A stretch of DNA of 64,000 nucleotides from Vicugna vicugna (lineage: Eukaryota): the NCBI GenBank assembly GCA_013265495.1, contig MU058153.1:1180001-1244000 (forward strand), given 5' to 3'. The position numbers were made by a program, and so were the translations under genes. This document shows positions 1-12,592 of this stretch, in pieces. Within the stretch, counting starts at the first letter, position 1, and the number at the start of each line of letters is the position of its first letter. A model generated the notes under the pieces. That model made no database searches. It had not been told where the DNA came from and saw only the letters and a program-made list of their open reading frames with translations.

Positions 1-677
1 GTTTTGTAAGTCTGTAGAATAGACGGAAGCACAGGCTCTCAGAACTATGTAGGTGTGATACTGAATGTCTTCTGACTTAGCCCTGTTGTATTGCAGATGA
101 GAAATGTGAACTCAGAGAGTCGTGTTTATATCCGTTTCAGCACCGGAATCTAATTCCAGGCTGTCTAGGTCATAACATCATTTTTTCATGCATTCATTCA
201 CTCTGATTATTAACTGAGTACCTACTATGGGCTGAACAATGTATAAAAGCCCTGACATGTGAGTAGATGCAATTTTCATGAGCTGCTTATTCCTGAGAAC
301 AAGGTAGACTCTTTTTTTATGTACCAAGTCTGCCTCAATGGGCAATATCTCCAGTAGAGTCACTGAATTATTTTCTTCCAACTTCCCCCTTCCCTTATCC
401 CATGACCACTCCTCGCAGTCAACTGACTCCACGTGTTGCTCTCCCTGTACGACAGACACTGACAGGCTTCTTCCATTCTAGGCATGTGGTCCTAGGATAG
501 AGATGGTACTAATTTCTCCTTTCTCTGTGCTAGATATGGAGTATTCCGTGTGGGCCAGAAAGAGTTTCTGCCCACATGGGTCAAATCCTTTCAATTCTAA
601 GCATATCTCTAATAGTATCAGGCATGTCAGATTATGGTAGGTGTTGAAATAAAGATTATATTGGTTACTTAACAATT

Positions 678-1242
678 ACCATTTATTTGACAATGCTGTG
701 TAACATTATCACCTCCAATTTAGTGGCTTACAACTACAAACATTTATTATGTCATGGTTTCTGTGAATTAGGAATCCAGGCATGGCTTACCTGCCTCCTC
801 TGGCTCAGGGGCTCTGGGAAGCCTGATATCAAGTTATCGTCTGGGGCCATAGTCATATCAAGGCTTTGAGGAAAAATCACTTCTGAGTTTACTCACATGT
901 TTCGGTCTCATGGGCTGTATAATTGAGGGTCTCGTGTCCTCTTGGGTTGACGATCAAAGACATCAGTTCTTTCCTGTGTTGCTGTCTCCATACAACTACT
1001 CATAACATAGCAGTTTGCTTCCCCCAGAGTTAGGGGTCTGACAGAAAGAGTGAGCCCTGCAAGATGGAAGGCAGTATTTTTGTAAGCTCATCAGAAATGG
1101 CATCCCAGCACTTCTGCTATATTCTGTTCTTTTGAAGCAAGTCCCTGGGTCCAGCACACCTTCAAGGGGAGGGTATTACACAACAGCAAAAATATCAGGA
1201 AGTAGGGGTCATTAGAAACCATCTAAGAAGTTGCCTTGCACA
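678..1242 (-). mobile_element. MaLR solo LTR, MLT1F-like
   Basis: Reverse-strand MLT1 hallmarks 'tttagtggcttacaactacaaacatttattat', 'ggaatccaggcatggctt', 'cacttctgctatattctgtt', ending '...ccatctaagaagttgccttgcaca'. Confidence 0.8.
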
Positions 1243-1730
1243 GAAATAAGCCAAAAAAAAAGAAATGGATTATGGCTTATTGAGTTGGGACTTTCAAATG
1301 TGTTCCTTGAAGATGTAGTATTTGAATTATACTTTGAAGACTACAACCTTAATGTATAAGGCGGATTTCACAGGAAAATAAACATAAGAGAAAGGATACC
1401 TGCATAAATAAGGGCAGAGAGGAATCGAAGTTCTGGGACCCATTCATGCAAATGACATTTCGGAGAGACTACCACATGCAGAGCAGTAGCCCGGGAGGGC
1501 TAGAGCATAGGACAAATCGTACGTCTTAACTGACTCTCAGCAGACAGACCGTTAACCCGTGTTCTTACTGCTGTTAAATGATGCTACATCATCTTTCTAG
1601 ACCAGTAACTGTATGTCGAACTTCATTATACAATCCTGGGACTGGAGAGCATTGTAAGAAGTCATGTAGCTTATCTCGGTTTATGGAAAAAGAATAGACT
1701 TCAATATCTGAAATGCCTGAAACCCATTTG

Positions 1731-1905
1731 GGCCACTTATCAGCCCTTGGCCCAAATCACTTAACCTTGCTAAATCCAAGTGTCCATAGCTATAAAATGG
1801 AGCAATTGTAATTACATCAAACTGCAGTTGGAAGGATTAAAGGAGATAACATTAGTGAAAACCCATAGTTCAAAGCCTGGTATTTAATAGACATTCAATA
1901 AGCTT
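1731..1905 (+). mobile_element. MIR SINE
   Basis: Core 'cttggcccaaatcacttaacctt...tataaaatggag' and tail 'gcctggtatttaatagacattcaataa'. Confidence 0.75.
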
Positions 1906-3469
1906 GCCTCTCTTGCCTTCCTTGTCTTCCCTACTTCTTTGCTTCTCTTTTTCCTCCAAATCCACTTAGAAATTCTCTTACGTCATTACCAAAAAAAAAA
2001 AAAAAATCCAAGTTTTTACCAAGCCAGCAAGGAAAGTTGACCATTTTTACATCATTCCAAAGCTTTGACATCTTTGCTATCCTAGAGGACTTTAAAATTA
2101 GGACAAAATTAACCTCATTTTAATCATATTATTCTTAGTCTATATATTGCACTTAACACACACTAGATAGATGCTTCTTAAATAAGTTATTTTTTCACCT
2201 TGTCATCAAAAATAATATAATCCTCTGAAAGGTAAAACTAAAACCAATAATTGTACAAAATCTAGAGAACTATAATAAGTACTAAGCAAACAGATGGTTA
2301 GTTTAAATGACTTAAGAATCTGTGTGTTTTTATCTTAAGAAAGATGTTTAATACCTGGGCTAATTATAGATACAGCACTGCCTGACACATTGTAATTTAT
2401 GCTTCTATTCTGATTTCTTCTTTATTTAAAGAAATTAGGTTCCTTTGCATGAGGTGTTCTATGAATCTAAGACTTTTATGCAAACTATGGCTAAGCTTAA
2501 TTCCAACATTTAAAAATGCTTTCAGCAATGATGCTAGCTTACCCTGCACCTTCCTTAGGAAAAAAGCCAAATTGATATTGCTTCTTGAGTTCATGAACAA
2601 TTAAAGAAAGAAAACAAGATATACCAAGAACTAGACCCATACCTTCCTTGGAAAGTCCCATTATTGCACAAAGAACATACCTTCATAGTCAATATATTAG
2701 AATATATGACTTGTTGAAAGTTGAAGAATCTTTTGTAGTCCTAGATCAATGTAACTTCTAGTAATGAATCTATAATTCGTTATAGATTGCATCACTCTCT
2801 GTCGTTATCCAAATGTACAAGATTGTGAGACACGATTTTATTTGATTTCTGTTATAATCTGATGCATACAGTAGAAACTTAGTATTCAAGGTAAGAACAC
2901 TAAAAAAGTTTTGATGCTATCAGAGGAACCCTAAAAGTTCTTGAAATTTTGATGAAGAGCTAATATGAATTAAGTGATATGTAAGTAGAATTACTTAAAT
3001 AACGAGCAAATCCAGTTGAACATCCAGCGTGCAGACCTTAACTGTGGCTTTGTTCTACTTAATTTCACTTTTCCAACTTTCCCAGGGAAGTGGTAGGAAA
3101 AAAAAAAATGGAAGGAAAAATATGGCACAATTGAAAGGGGGAAAGAAACCTTAGCAAAAGACGACAAGGCAGCTAATTTATAAAGGGAAATGTATACAGA
3201 AGAAACAGATAATTTAATGGAAATATGAATTTTATAGAATAAATCAAGAATCTTTCTAAAAGTTTCTATGATATGAATTTGAGAACGTACTTGGAGTTCA
3301 GTTGGGTATATCTAAAATATTAAGAATTTTCTGAATAACTAGATAGATTCCCAGTGTATAGAGATGGTCTTTGCATCTTCCTTTATGGTCAAAAAATTTT
3401 AACTGAAAAGCAAAAGCTTTTTATGCAAACCAGATTTTTATGGGATGTGAGAAACTTTTTGCTCCTTAA

Positions 3470-3960
3470 GGTGGTTTTCATCTGTTGGGGAAATCCAAGA
3501 AATGGATGTCAAGTTAGAATCAGATATATAAGACGTTTATCAGTGGGAAACACCTTTTAAGGAAAGTGGGGAGGGGGAGTAATAAGATGCAGGAGAGCCT
3601 TCAGACCACAAAGTGGATCTGACATCTGTTGAAGGAGTGAGGGCAAGAAGGGGGTTTGGGTAGGAAGAACCCCAGCTGCAGTGGCCCTGAGAGAACATCT
3701 CAGCCAGGCTGTTGAGTAGCCCCTGAAGAAATGCTTCACATTAAGGAGAGTGAAGGTGGGCAGGACTGACCCTGCTCTAGTACCCTCTTCAAGCTCAGTC
3801 ATTGAGTGAGAGCAGCCTTGGAAGAGTGTGACCTTCAATTAGCATCTACAGAGGGCCTGGAAATTGTGGCTCTGGGGGCTGTCGACTAAGTGCCCATTAC
3901 TCACAGCAGTTTTTTTTTTTTCATGAAAGATCTGAGTGGCTCACTCCCAAGGCAGCCATA
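3470..3960 (-). mobile_element. ERVL LTR (LTR16 family), 3' LTR of degraded provirus
   Basis: Homologous to 5991-6440 (exact 17-mer cttcagaccacaaagtg at 3599-3615 and 6122-6138, then colinear gggcagga...gctc.gtca.tg...gagcagcc). Preceded on the minus strand by a polypurine-tract-like 'gcaaggggtagac' at about 3961-3973. Confidence 0.8.
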
Positions 3961-4325
3961 GTCTACCCCTTGCGCAGCACAGACCTACTTCTCCATCCAC
4001 TTGAGGGGAGCAACTCTTCCATGGCTGCCGTGGGCTTCTCCTCTTGAAAAGAAACTTTAAAGAAGGAACAAGCAGTATAAACCACGTTTCATTGAGGTTA
4101 CATTCTCAAGGCAGCCATGATATTATTATATCCTTCCTACACTGTCCATTTTAAACCCTCCTCTTCCTCACATATCACCTCAGCAAGTCTTGGTGACTTA
4201 TCTGGTAATGTGCCCAAAACCTTATCCCTGAGTAGTCTAAGCTTCTAGAATTTACACCTGTTTCAGGCTTTATTTGTTGCATGTGTCCATTCATAGTTAA
4301 CACTGGGCAAGAAATAACCAGAGAC

Positions 4326-4620
4326 ACCCAGTGGATCCCTTGGGTTCTGCACACTTTCCTCCATGCCTGCAGTATATGACAGCAGACCCACTTCCTTCTG
4401 CTAACCAGGACCAGTGACCCCTGCCAGTCAAAATGGTGGCTTGTTTTCCTGTCTAAGTATGAATCCAGGTGCCTTGGTGGCAGCTTGTCGTTGAATGGGA
4501 CCTTGTTTTGGCCTCTGGAAAGAATATTCTCCCTTTAGGACTCTAACCCAAAAGAGCCCAACACTGAGAGGATGGGAAGGACAAAGCACGAAGTCCCCCA
4601 GTTGGTCATTCAGAGCCATG
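4326..4620 (-). pseudogene. ERVL dUTPase remnant
   Basis: 4427-4326 translates LAGVTGPG*QKEVGLLSYTAGMEESVQNPRDPLG, resembling ERVL dUTPase (LAGVIDPDYQGEIGLLLHNGG.EEYVW..GDPLG). The upstream 'NDQLGDFVL' resembles NDPLGEFVL. Confidence 0.7.
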
Positions 4621-4699
4621 TAAGTGGGGCCGTGGAATCATTCAGTTGCTATTTCCCACATCTAAGAGCATATAGTTTGGACTGATATACTTGGCAGTT

Positions 4700-5700
4700 G
4701 GGTTCCCATGGCTATTAACAGAACCGTTCCTGTGTCCACCTTTTCCACCATGAACTTTGACCTATGGAGGAGCACCAACACTGAACTTCTTAATGATTTG
4801 TGTGTCCCTCTCGCCAGTGCATTCATAGTGGCTGGGCTGAATTCTGTGTCCTCTGGGCCTTTCTGTAGAAGAAGAGAATCAGTCCTCTGGTGGGTGTTCC
4901 AGACTCACATCATATATCCATTCCAGCATGCCCACAGCCACGAACTTTTTCATTCATTCCATTTCTGGCTTACAGACACTCACACTTAACTCAGCATTGG
5001 CCATTGTCTTTTCTAGGCTTCTAAGGGCCATCCTAGCAGTGAATCTGTCCATTATCCATGGTCCTTGCCAGGGCATTGAATCCCATATCCTAGGGGAGAG
5101 CTCGCAAGTCTGCAAATTCTGTCATACGTTCTGGCTTCATTTGATCAATCACCCTCAAAATGCAACCCCAGAGGTTCTCCTCTGGCTCTTGCTGGTGTAT
5201 ATTAGCTAATTCCTACAGCCTCTTTGGAGTGCAGTCTCTTTTCTCAGTTATCAGCCTCAGTAAACCAATTTACACTGAAATGTACCCCCAGTTATTGGTC
5301 TGGCAGATGAGAGATGAAGCAGCAGCAGCTCCTGGGAGCAGCACCTCTTGCCTTGGGGAAGAAGAGGCTTCTGAAACATCCTTCCACACATGGGGTGCAG
5401 TTAGAGAAAGTCCTAACTGAGGGGGTGGGCTATGTCTTCAAACTCAGATGTTTCAAGGGAATCTGCAAAGCCAAATTTCTCAAGAGCTTCCTCTCCAGGT
5501 GTCCCTGTCCCATGTATCAGAGTTTCCCAAATCAGCATAACGGATCTAACTGGGTCTGAGCATTTACTTGTCTTGGAAGTTCTGTGCTTCCAACTATTAA
5601 CTCTTGTATTTGCTATCAGCTCTTCTACTACAAGAAATAAAGTAGCATACAAAGAGGCCCTCTTGCCCTCACACCTAGCCCTTTAACTATTTCTTAACCA
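4700..5700 (-). pseudogene. ERVL (MERVL/Fv1-like) gag remnant
   Basis: Ordered minus-strand motifs: ENLWGCILRVIDQ (5179-5141), EFADLRALP*DMGFNALART (5119-5060), LLGWPLEA*KRQWPML (5039-4992), VGMLEWIYDV (4935-4906). Stops and frameshifts are present. Confidence 0.85.
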
Positions 5701-5990
5701 CTCTCAGTTTTTCATTCTTCCTCTGCCTAATGTCAGTGCAGTTTGATAGGAATCAGCCCGCTCTGCCGTCCTTGTGGGTACTGTTGCTCCCACACTTTTC
5801 CAACGTCTGAGTCATCCTGCAGGCAAGAGCAGCTCCCTCTAGTACAGTCTTCAGCAGTGGGTTCAAGACTTGGACCAGGGACTCTTCTTGATCCAGATTC
5901 TATACCAGATGAGGCCCTGTCTGCCAGCTGGGTAGGGAGTGATAGAGTCTGAAAATCTCATTCTACACCCTGCTTTGTCAGACAGCTCTC

Positions 5991-6440
5991 TGTCCCAGCA
6001 GAATCAGTTTGGGTGCTCTAAAAAGCTGAGGACAAAAGGAAATTTGATATGCAAGATACTTATTTGTGGAAATGCCTGTGAATGATGAAGGGAAGAAGGA
6101 ACAGGAGCTGATGGAGGGAGTCTTCAGACCACAAAGTGAGTTTGACATCCAAGAAGAGAGCGAAGGAAGGAATATGATGGAGTGGAAGGAGCCTCAGATG
6201 GAGTGTCACACTAAGGAAGTCTGAGGCAGACAGATGGGGAGGCCTGGAGCAAAGATGGCCCATTAGAAGAGGTGCATTCAGGGCAGGAGCGCATTTGCCT
6301 CTCATAACCCCACTTGGCTCCGTCACTGGCTTGGAGCAGCCCTGCAAGGACAAGGTCAATGTGAACCCTGAAGCTGGAGGCAGTTTTCTCTTGTCCAGGT
6401 CTAAATGGTGCACTTCGAGATAGTTTGATATAATGGAAAA
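5991..6440 (-). mobile_element. ERVL LTR (LTR16 family), 5' LTR of degraded provirus
   Basis: Starts 'tgtcccagcagaatcagtttgggtgctct' on + (the LTR ...CA end on -). Colinear homology with 3470-3960. Its far end appears truncated. Confidence 0.8.
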
Positions 6441-6460
6441 AGGATGCACTCACTCTTCTA

Positions 6461-6672
6461 GTCTAGAGTAAGATAAATATGAGTTTCTATCCTGGCTCCG
6501 TTTCCCTGGATCTGTGATCAGCACCAGTCACTTGATATTTATGGAAGTCTGTTTCCACATACATAATGCAAAGACACTATTGCTTTCTTCATAGCTTGTA
6601 ATGATTCAAGATGAAGTACGTAAAATTACACAGCACAATGACTTGCATAGCGTAGGTTTGGAAAAATGTTAT
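6461..6672 (+). mobile_element. MIR SINE
   Basis: 'gagtttctatcctggctcc...ctgtgatc...agtcacttg...ctgtttcc...cagcacaatgacttgcatagcgtagg'. Confidence 0.7.
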
Positions 6673-7774
6673 TTACCTCTCCAACCTTGCATCGAATTCT
6701 TCTTGTCTCCATTCTTTTTAAATTTATTTTGCATTTTAAACTGGGGATAAAATTAATGTCCTTCAAAAAATCAAGTCTAAGAAATATTTATTACTGAATT
6801 TTATTTGTCAACATTTTGGAAATCTGTTTACTCGTAATTGATTAGAGAAACCTACCAATAAGGAGTTTTACCGTTTGTTACGAAACGCGTACACTTTTGC
6901 TTGGAGATTTGATTGCTGAAATTTGATATTTTTGTCTTTTTAGTTAAAAATGTTTACTGTTTGGAAAGCACTATGTCTCTAATACTGGCAGAAGACATAT
7001 AAATCAACTGTGAACCTTCTCTGAGCTGCATATATGTGTGATGGTTCCTCTCAGTTTATTGCATAATTTCAATACAATATCTAACAATTATGTCTGTGGT
7101 AAACATGTCTGCTTTCTCAGGCCTATAATGAATCGGTTCATATGTTCTATTACGGAGTAACAGATTATGACTGTTTGTCAGTTTCAGCTCCACTGAAGAT
7201 TACATGAATAAAATCCCCACTAATGGCCACCAAGCAACTCACACTCCGTTTTGCCCAATACTGTGTTAAGTCCTTTGTGTGAGGATGTATATGTTCGTAT
7301 GTTTATCTAACCTCCCTCTTTAGGGGTCAATCAGTACATTAAAAAAGCAAAGACAACACCAATCCTTTGAACAAAGAATGAACATAATCTGTCAGTGAGC
7401 AAACAGGTTCTGGATAATGAGAGAAAATTGCTGGAAGAAGCCTTGCAGCTCATGCAGTCTAACCCCCTCACTCCACACACGTGCAGAGGGGTTAAGTGAT
7501 TTGTCAGAGGTGACTCAAATGCAAAGTCAGATCTTTGCCCCCAGGATAGGTACACTGTCCCCTTTGTACATCTGGCTTATGTGTCTAGCGTTGTGCGAAG
7601 CCATCTGGGAAATACAAAAGAAATACAGACTCCTTTTCTCATTTTCCTGAGTTTAGTTGATACCAGTTTTGGTGATAAGAGTTCTTAATGAAGACAAGAT
7701 CATCTAAATACGCTCATGTGTTTCACTGAGAAAAGAGAAAGAGAAAGCAATGGATATTTATTGCTCTTTCATTC

Positions 7775-7950
7775 TTTGAAAATACTTCTATGTACCTAAT
7801 CTCATTTATTCTTAGTGACTCTCTAGAGTGGTATGTTGCATTTCCCCCTTTAGTAGTTAAAGTAACTGAGGCCTGGAGGATTAAGTGGCTTGTTCAAAGG
7901 TATATAGTTTCCAAATGTAGATACTGTGACTTCAAAATCCTCACTCCCTC
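7775..7950 (-). mobile_element. MIR SINE
   Basis: 'taatctcatttattctt...taactgaggcctggaggattaagtggcttgttcaaaggt'. Confidence 0.75.
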
Positions 7951-10119
7951 ACTACTCCTGAAAGAGAGCATCTGATTGATGGACCTTGATTCAGACTAAA
8001 ACAGTCATCTTTGAACTTTCAGAATAAATGATGTCATATATAATTTCATATATAAATGTATAGACGGTGGAACCAGAGCTCAGACAGGGGTCTTCTGACT
8101 CCAGAGCTCCTTCCTTTTCCTCAAAACAAGCCCTCTGACTATCTTCTCCCTTATTCTTTGCAAATAAAATCTAAGTTTCCATTAGTAAGATTTCTTACTG
8201 CATTTCTACTCCAAATAGTATGTAAATGAAATGGGAAAAGTATGGGAAAGAAAGTTCAAGTTTTGTTATGGACACACATGCACACCCACACTCACACCCA
8301 CACGTATCACTGGTTGGATAGGTTAATGGATTACTCTCATTAATTCTTGGCATGATGTCTCTCTACGAAAGCAATGAGTAATTAATTAATTCTGAAACTC
8401 TCCCGTTGGTTAAGGTGGTATGAAAATAACAATGTCTTAGGCCATACATGTGTTAATCTTGTGATGGGATCTGATATTTGCTCAAAGTATTTATTTGCTT
8501 TGCAGCTTTATTTAGTGTAAAATTGCTTAGAGGATAGGGTTATCTCCTGTAGCGGTGACAATCCTTGTTGTCAAGCGGTGATTGACAACTGGAAGATGAG
8601 AATATTTCCAGAAATAGTCACCTAGAATATTCCCCAAACATAACTTATGAGATAGGCTGTGGGATTTAGAAGAAAGCCCGAAAAATGGATTCAAGTGGGG
8701 AATCTGACTCACGTTTTGTGTTTGCTGTAAGAAGGTGTAAAGATGTTCAGGGGACAGTTCCTTGGTTGAGGCAGCCATAAACTCTGGAGTAAGCAATCTG
8801 GGCATAAGCCCAAGAATGTTTTGATGATTTTCGTACATTTATTTAGTTTGCCCCCTCCCCGATACGTTTTAAAATCCATGTTTGTCTAAGCGAAGGGGAA
8901 GCAAAAAATCTACCTTAATGGACACAATTGGTCAAAATTAGAAATTAAGGGGAGATAGTACACATCTGAGGGCAAGGGTGGTATAGTAATGGCAAAATTA
9001 ATCGAAGTGAGACAACCAAGAAAGAGAAAGATGCTTAGGGAGACTGAAGTTTTCCTTATTGAGCTGATTCTTTTCCACCTTGAAATATTTTCCTTCTAGG
9101 AGGAAAAATAAAAAGACCTTGAAGATACTGGTTTTGGCTACTTTAAGAGCAACATGTGGTTAGTGATGCTGATACAGCCATAAAACAAGAGAAAATCTAA
9201 ATGGAGGAAATATACTTTTCAGAATTACTGTACACATTGAAACTCTTATTCCTGCAATGATTGGATAGAGTTTACTTATCTAGTCTCCAAAACAATAAAT
9301 TAAAAGGCTTAAATGTTTTAAGAGTTTGTTTTTGCCTCAAATATGAGTTTGTATTCATTCAGTACATTCATTTTAATTCTGACTCCTAATAATGTGTGTG
9401 CTTTTTATCTAGCATTCCGTTCTGTTTGAATCTTTAAACTTGTATTTCTGAGCAGTAATTGCAGTTCTAAACAGTAACTGTAGTTGGTGTTCAGAGACGG
9501 GTCTTTTCATGACTAATTCTAGGATATAAAGTGAATGATTTTTACAGTGGGACAGGATTAATCTTGGTGGTGTTGCTCTGGCATATTTTGTAGGTTTAAT
9601 TATTATTAATCTGGATAAATTTTAACTTTCAAAATGTTAATTTAACTCACCAGGTCTCCTGGCTCATTAATCTCTTCAATAGTGCCACTTAGGATAAAAT
9701 GGCTCATCAAACAATAGCGATTCAATCATAAATATGTGGAAGTGGAAAAGCAGCGACACTGAAGGCTCAGAGGATTCAAAACATTTTTCACTTCTCAGCA
9801 TTCTTCATTTTTAATAGTATGAGCCATTGCTGGAGATTTTCCCACTTCATTAAAATTTAATTATCCACTAATGTGACTTTTCTTTTTCTCATACACACAC
9901 ACAGCTTTACAGAAATGTTAGAACACTTCATTTTCCTCATCTTGAGAATGGGTATAATTCCTACCTCGCCTACTTGAAAAAAGACTTGAGATAAGACGAT
10001 TTTGAAATGATGAAGTGTAATAGTACTGTAAGCAGGTAAATTATTATTATTGTTAGAAACTGCCTTGTTTTCCAACCCCAAAGATAAATTTGCCAGTTCA
10101 GCGACACTTTTTGCATATA

Positions 10120-10630
10120 ATAATCTTGTGTGCCAGATACTACGTTTGTGTGCTTTAAACACAGGGTGCGAAACCTTCACCTTCAAGGTGGAGGTCGTTT
10201 TTCGCAGTTTGCATAAGAGGAATTTGAAGAGGCTAAATGTCCTGCTCACAGTGGAGTAAGTGGTGGAGCCAGGGTTCATAATCAGATCTGCTCCTAAGAT
10301 CTGTACAATTCATTCTCATGTAAAAAATGGCATAAGAATAATGCCCAGTTTTTATTATGGAGTTGGAACTAAAAACAGCCACAGTTTTACTGCAATCTTA
10401 TCACGTGCTAATGACATTACAGAAGTCACTTCAGTTAACTCTCAGATGAGCACAGGGTTCTTTTTTGTTTTGTTTTTGATTTTGATTTTGCTTCGCTTCA
10501 TTTTATGAATGAAAAAACTGAGATTCAGGGAAATTAGCATCTTGTGATGCCTCAGATTGTATGTACAGCTAATAAGATGTGGCAGGAAGGGGCTTCTAAT
10601 TCTCATCAGTTTGACTCTGAAACTCTTTTA
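10120..10630 (-). mobile_element. Two MIR SINE fragments
   Basis: 'ttgcataagaggaatttgaagaggctaaatgtcctgctcac' and 'ttcattttatgaatgaaaaaactgagattcagggaaattag'. Confidence 0.65.
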
Positions 10631-11501
10631 ATTACCTTATTATACAAAAATGAGACCTGCCTTGCAATTGTTAGGATTATTACAACGTTTTTGGCTTTTA
10701 AACTTTTGCCTACTGTAATTAGCCACTGACTTGAACTGTGGAGGTGGGCATGGCCTCCTTTGTGTGAATTATTTTAGCCTGAGTTTTCTTTGACTGGGGT
10801 CACACCGCCAGCACCTTCCAGCAGAATGTCACGGCCCCAGAGAGAGCCAGAACTGCTCTGTAGTTCATCCGCAAAGCCTAGCTCCGTGGAGGGCTGATGA
10901 TTTACAGTCAGCAGCCGGCACAGAAATGGGAGGATCAGTTCGACGGTGAGGTCTACTGAGACATCTATAAAACCCACTTTCACACATGATTTATGTCACT
11001 GGAGGCAAACAACGGATAATCTTCCTGAAACTATGGACCAGACTTTTTAGACCAGTGAATGATAATGTCTCAGAAGTTATTCCTATCACTAACTCTTTTT
11101 TTTTTACCCCCTATATCCGCTCTCTAGTTTTTCAGGCTCGCTAAGGAAAATATCTCTGGCTTCAGATTTCTCATAACAAACAGAAGTTGGTAGGAAAGCT
11201 AGAGCCATCTGTTTTCTGTAAATTAAATGTTTCGATTAGAGACCCCTATAGGATACATGCGTCAGAAAGGCACGGCATATTACTTACGCAAAAGGACTTT
11301 ATTTCTTGCTATGACTAGAATTTGCCAGTCTTGGAACTTGCCTCTTTTAACTGTTAATTCTCAGCTTTGTTGTTGTTTAGAAGTATGGGAATTAGATGAT
11401 AATTCAGGGGTACAGATGGAATTTTTTAGCTGGGAAATGGAGTAGAGAGGACGTACGAGAAAGAAGAATTTATTAATTTTTTAACTGAGTCACAGTGAGA
11501 C

Positions 11502-11630
11502 TTGTTGTTCTTTTTTAGGGAGTGGGTAATTAGGTTTATCTATTTATTTATTTAATGGAGGTGCTGGGGAGTGAACCCAGGACCTCATGCGTGCTAGGCA
11601 TGTGCTCTACCACTGAGCTCTACCCTCCCC
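11502..11630 (-). mobile_element. Camelid tRNA-Ala-derived SINE (vic-1 type), full length
   Basis: Minus strand reads ggggagggtagagctcagtggtagagcacatgcctagcacgcatgaggtcctgggttcactccccagcacctccattaaataaataaatag..., with A box, B box, (AAAT)n linker and A-rich tail. Confidence 0.9.
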
Positions 11631-12592
11631 GTCCTCCCTTCTTGGTTCTTACACAATTGGAAAAAAAAAAAAAAAGAACATTTTAAATAAATGTATTTTA
11701 AGACCTAGATTTTTAAAATTTGGTTTCTGATTGTACTGTTTTCCTGGGGGTTTGCACTTAATGCCAGCCTCCAATGAAGGACAATGCCCCGCTGCTACTT
11801 TAAAGTTGTAAGGAAATCTGCTAAAAAATCTCCTTGATTCTTCCTCAGAAATGTCTGCACCTGAGTGCTAGTCAGAAAGGTCCATAAAGTGTGCTTTCAT
11901 GAAAATTGGAGGCGTACATACTTCTCCTGATGCTGTTACTTGGGTCCAGAATAAGAGCTGCAATAGTGTCATGCTTGAATTGGAACATGCCATCCCTGAG
12001 TATATCAGTGAGAACATTTCAGAAGAATTTTACCCCAAATATACATTTTGCCAGCACCGCTGCCACAGAATTAGATTACCAAGTTGAAAACAACAATGCA
12101 GAGCCAGGCTCTCCTCACTGGCGAGCTGGCAGTTTGCCCCCCACGTGACAGGAGAGAGCTGCCTTCCCAGATCTGAATGTCGGTAATTAACAGATTTGGG
12201 ACGGCCAAAGGCGGAGTACATTCTGCTGCTGCTATTTCTTAAATTGTTTTTTTTTCTTGTTTATTTTTATTGGCAAGGTTGACTCTCCTAGGGGTTCCCT
12301 GTGTGCTGATCTCCCCATCCTCTGGAATTGCACGGTCTCCACTCCCAGAACAACCTTGGGATGGATGCCTTCAGTTCTTTGTCTTTTCCAGTCTCTTTTT
12401 CTCCTTATTTTAACCAGATCCTCTTTATTCCTTTTCTTCTCCACTGGTTTTCATTCTCTCCTCAGACTGATCCTTCCATTCTCCATAGGGATCCCTAGGT
12501 CACTTCCTGACAGTGTTGTGGTGTTACATTTGGGTGTGGTTGGGGATGATGGAAAATGGAAAAATTTTGTATCAAATGAAGGGAATACCGGA

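Larger units (their letters stand above)
3961..5990 (-). mobile_element. ERVL internal region (ERV3-16A3-like), internally deleted
   Basis: Lies between two same-orientation LTR16-type LTRs. Contains gag and dUTPase remnants. Only about 2 kb long, with no RT or integrase core motifs visible. Confidence 0.8.

Noticed and set aside
2767..2788. Perfect 9-bp hairpin aatctataa-TTCG-ttatagatt
   Set aside because: AT-rich stem without the C-G closing pair of stable UUCG loops. Plausible by chance in 64 kb.
8527..8838. 103-aa minus ORF with an internal AAC|GTGAGT donor at 8713/8712
   Set aside because: No recognisable protein similarity and no partner exons.
11899..12148. Overlapping short ORFs after a good acceptor at about 11848
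   Set aside because: All frames stop shortly after the acceptor, and no homology was recognised.
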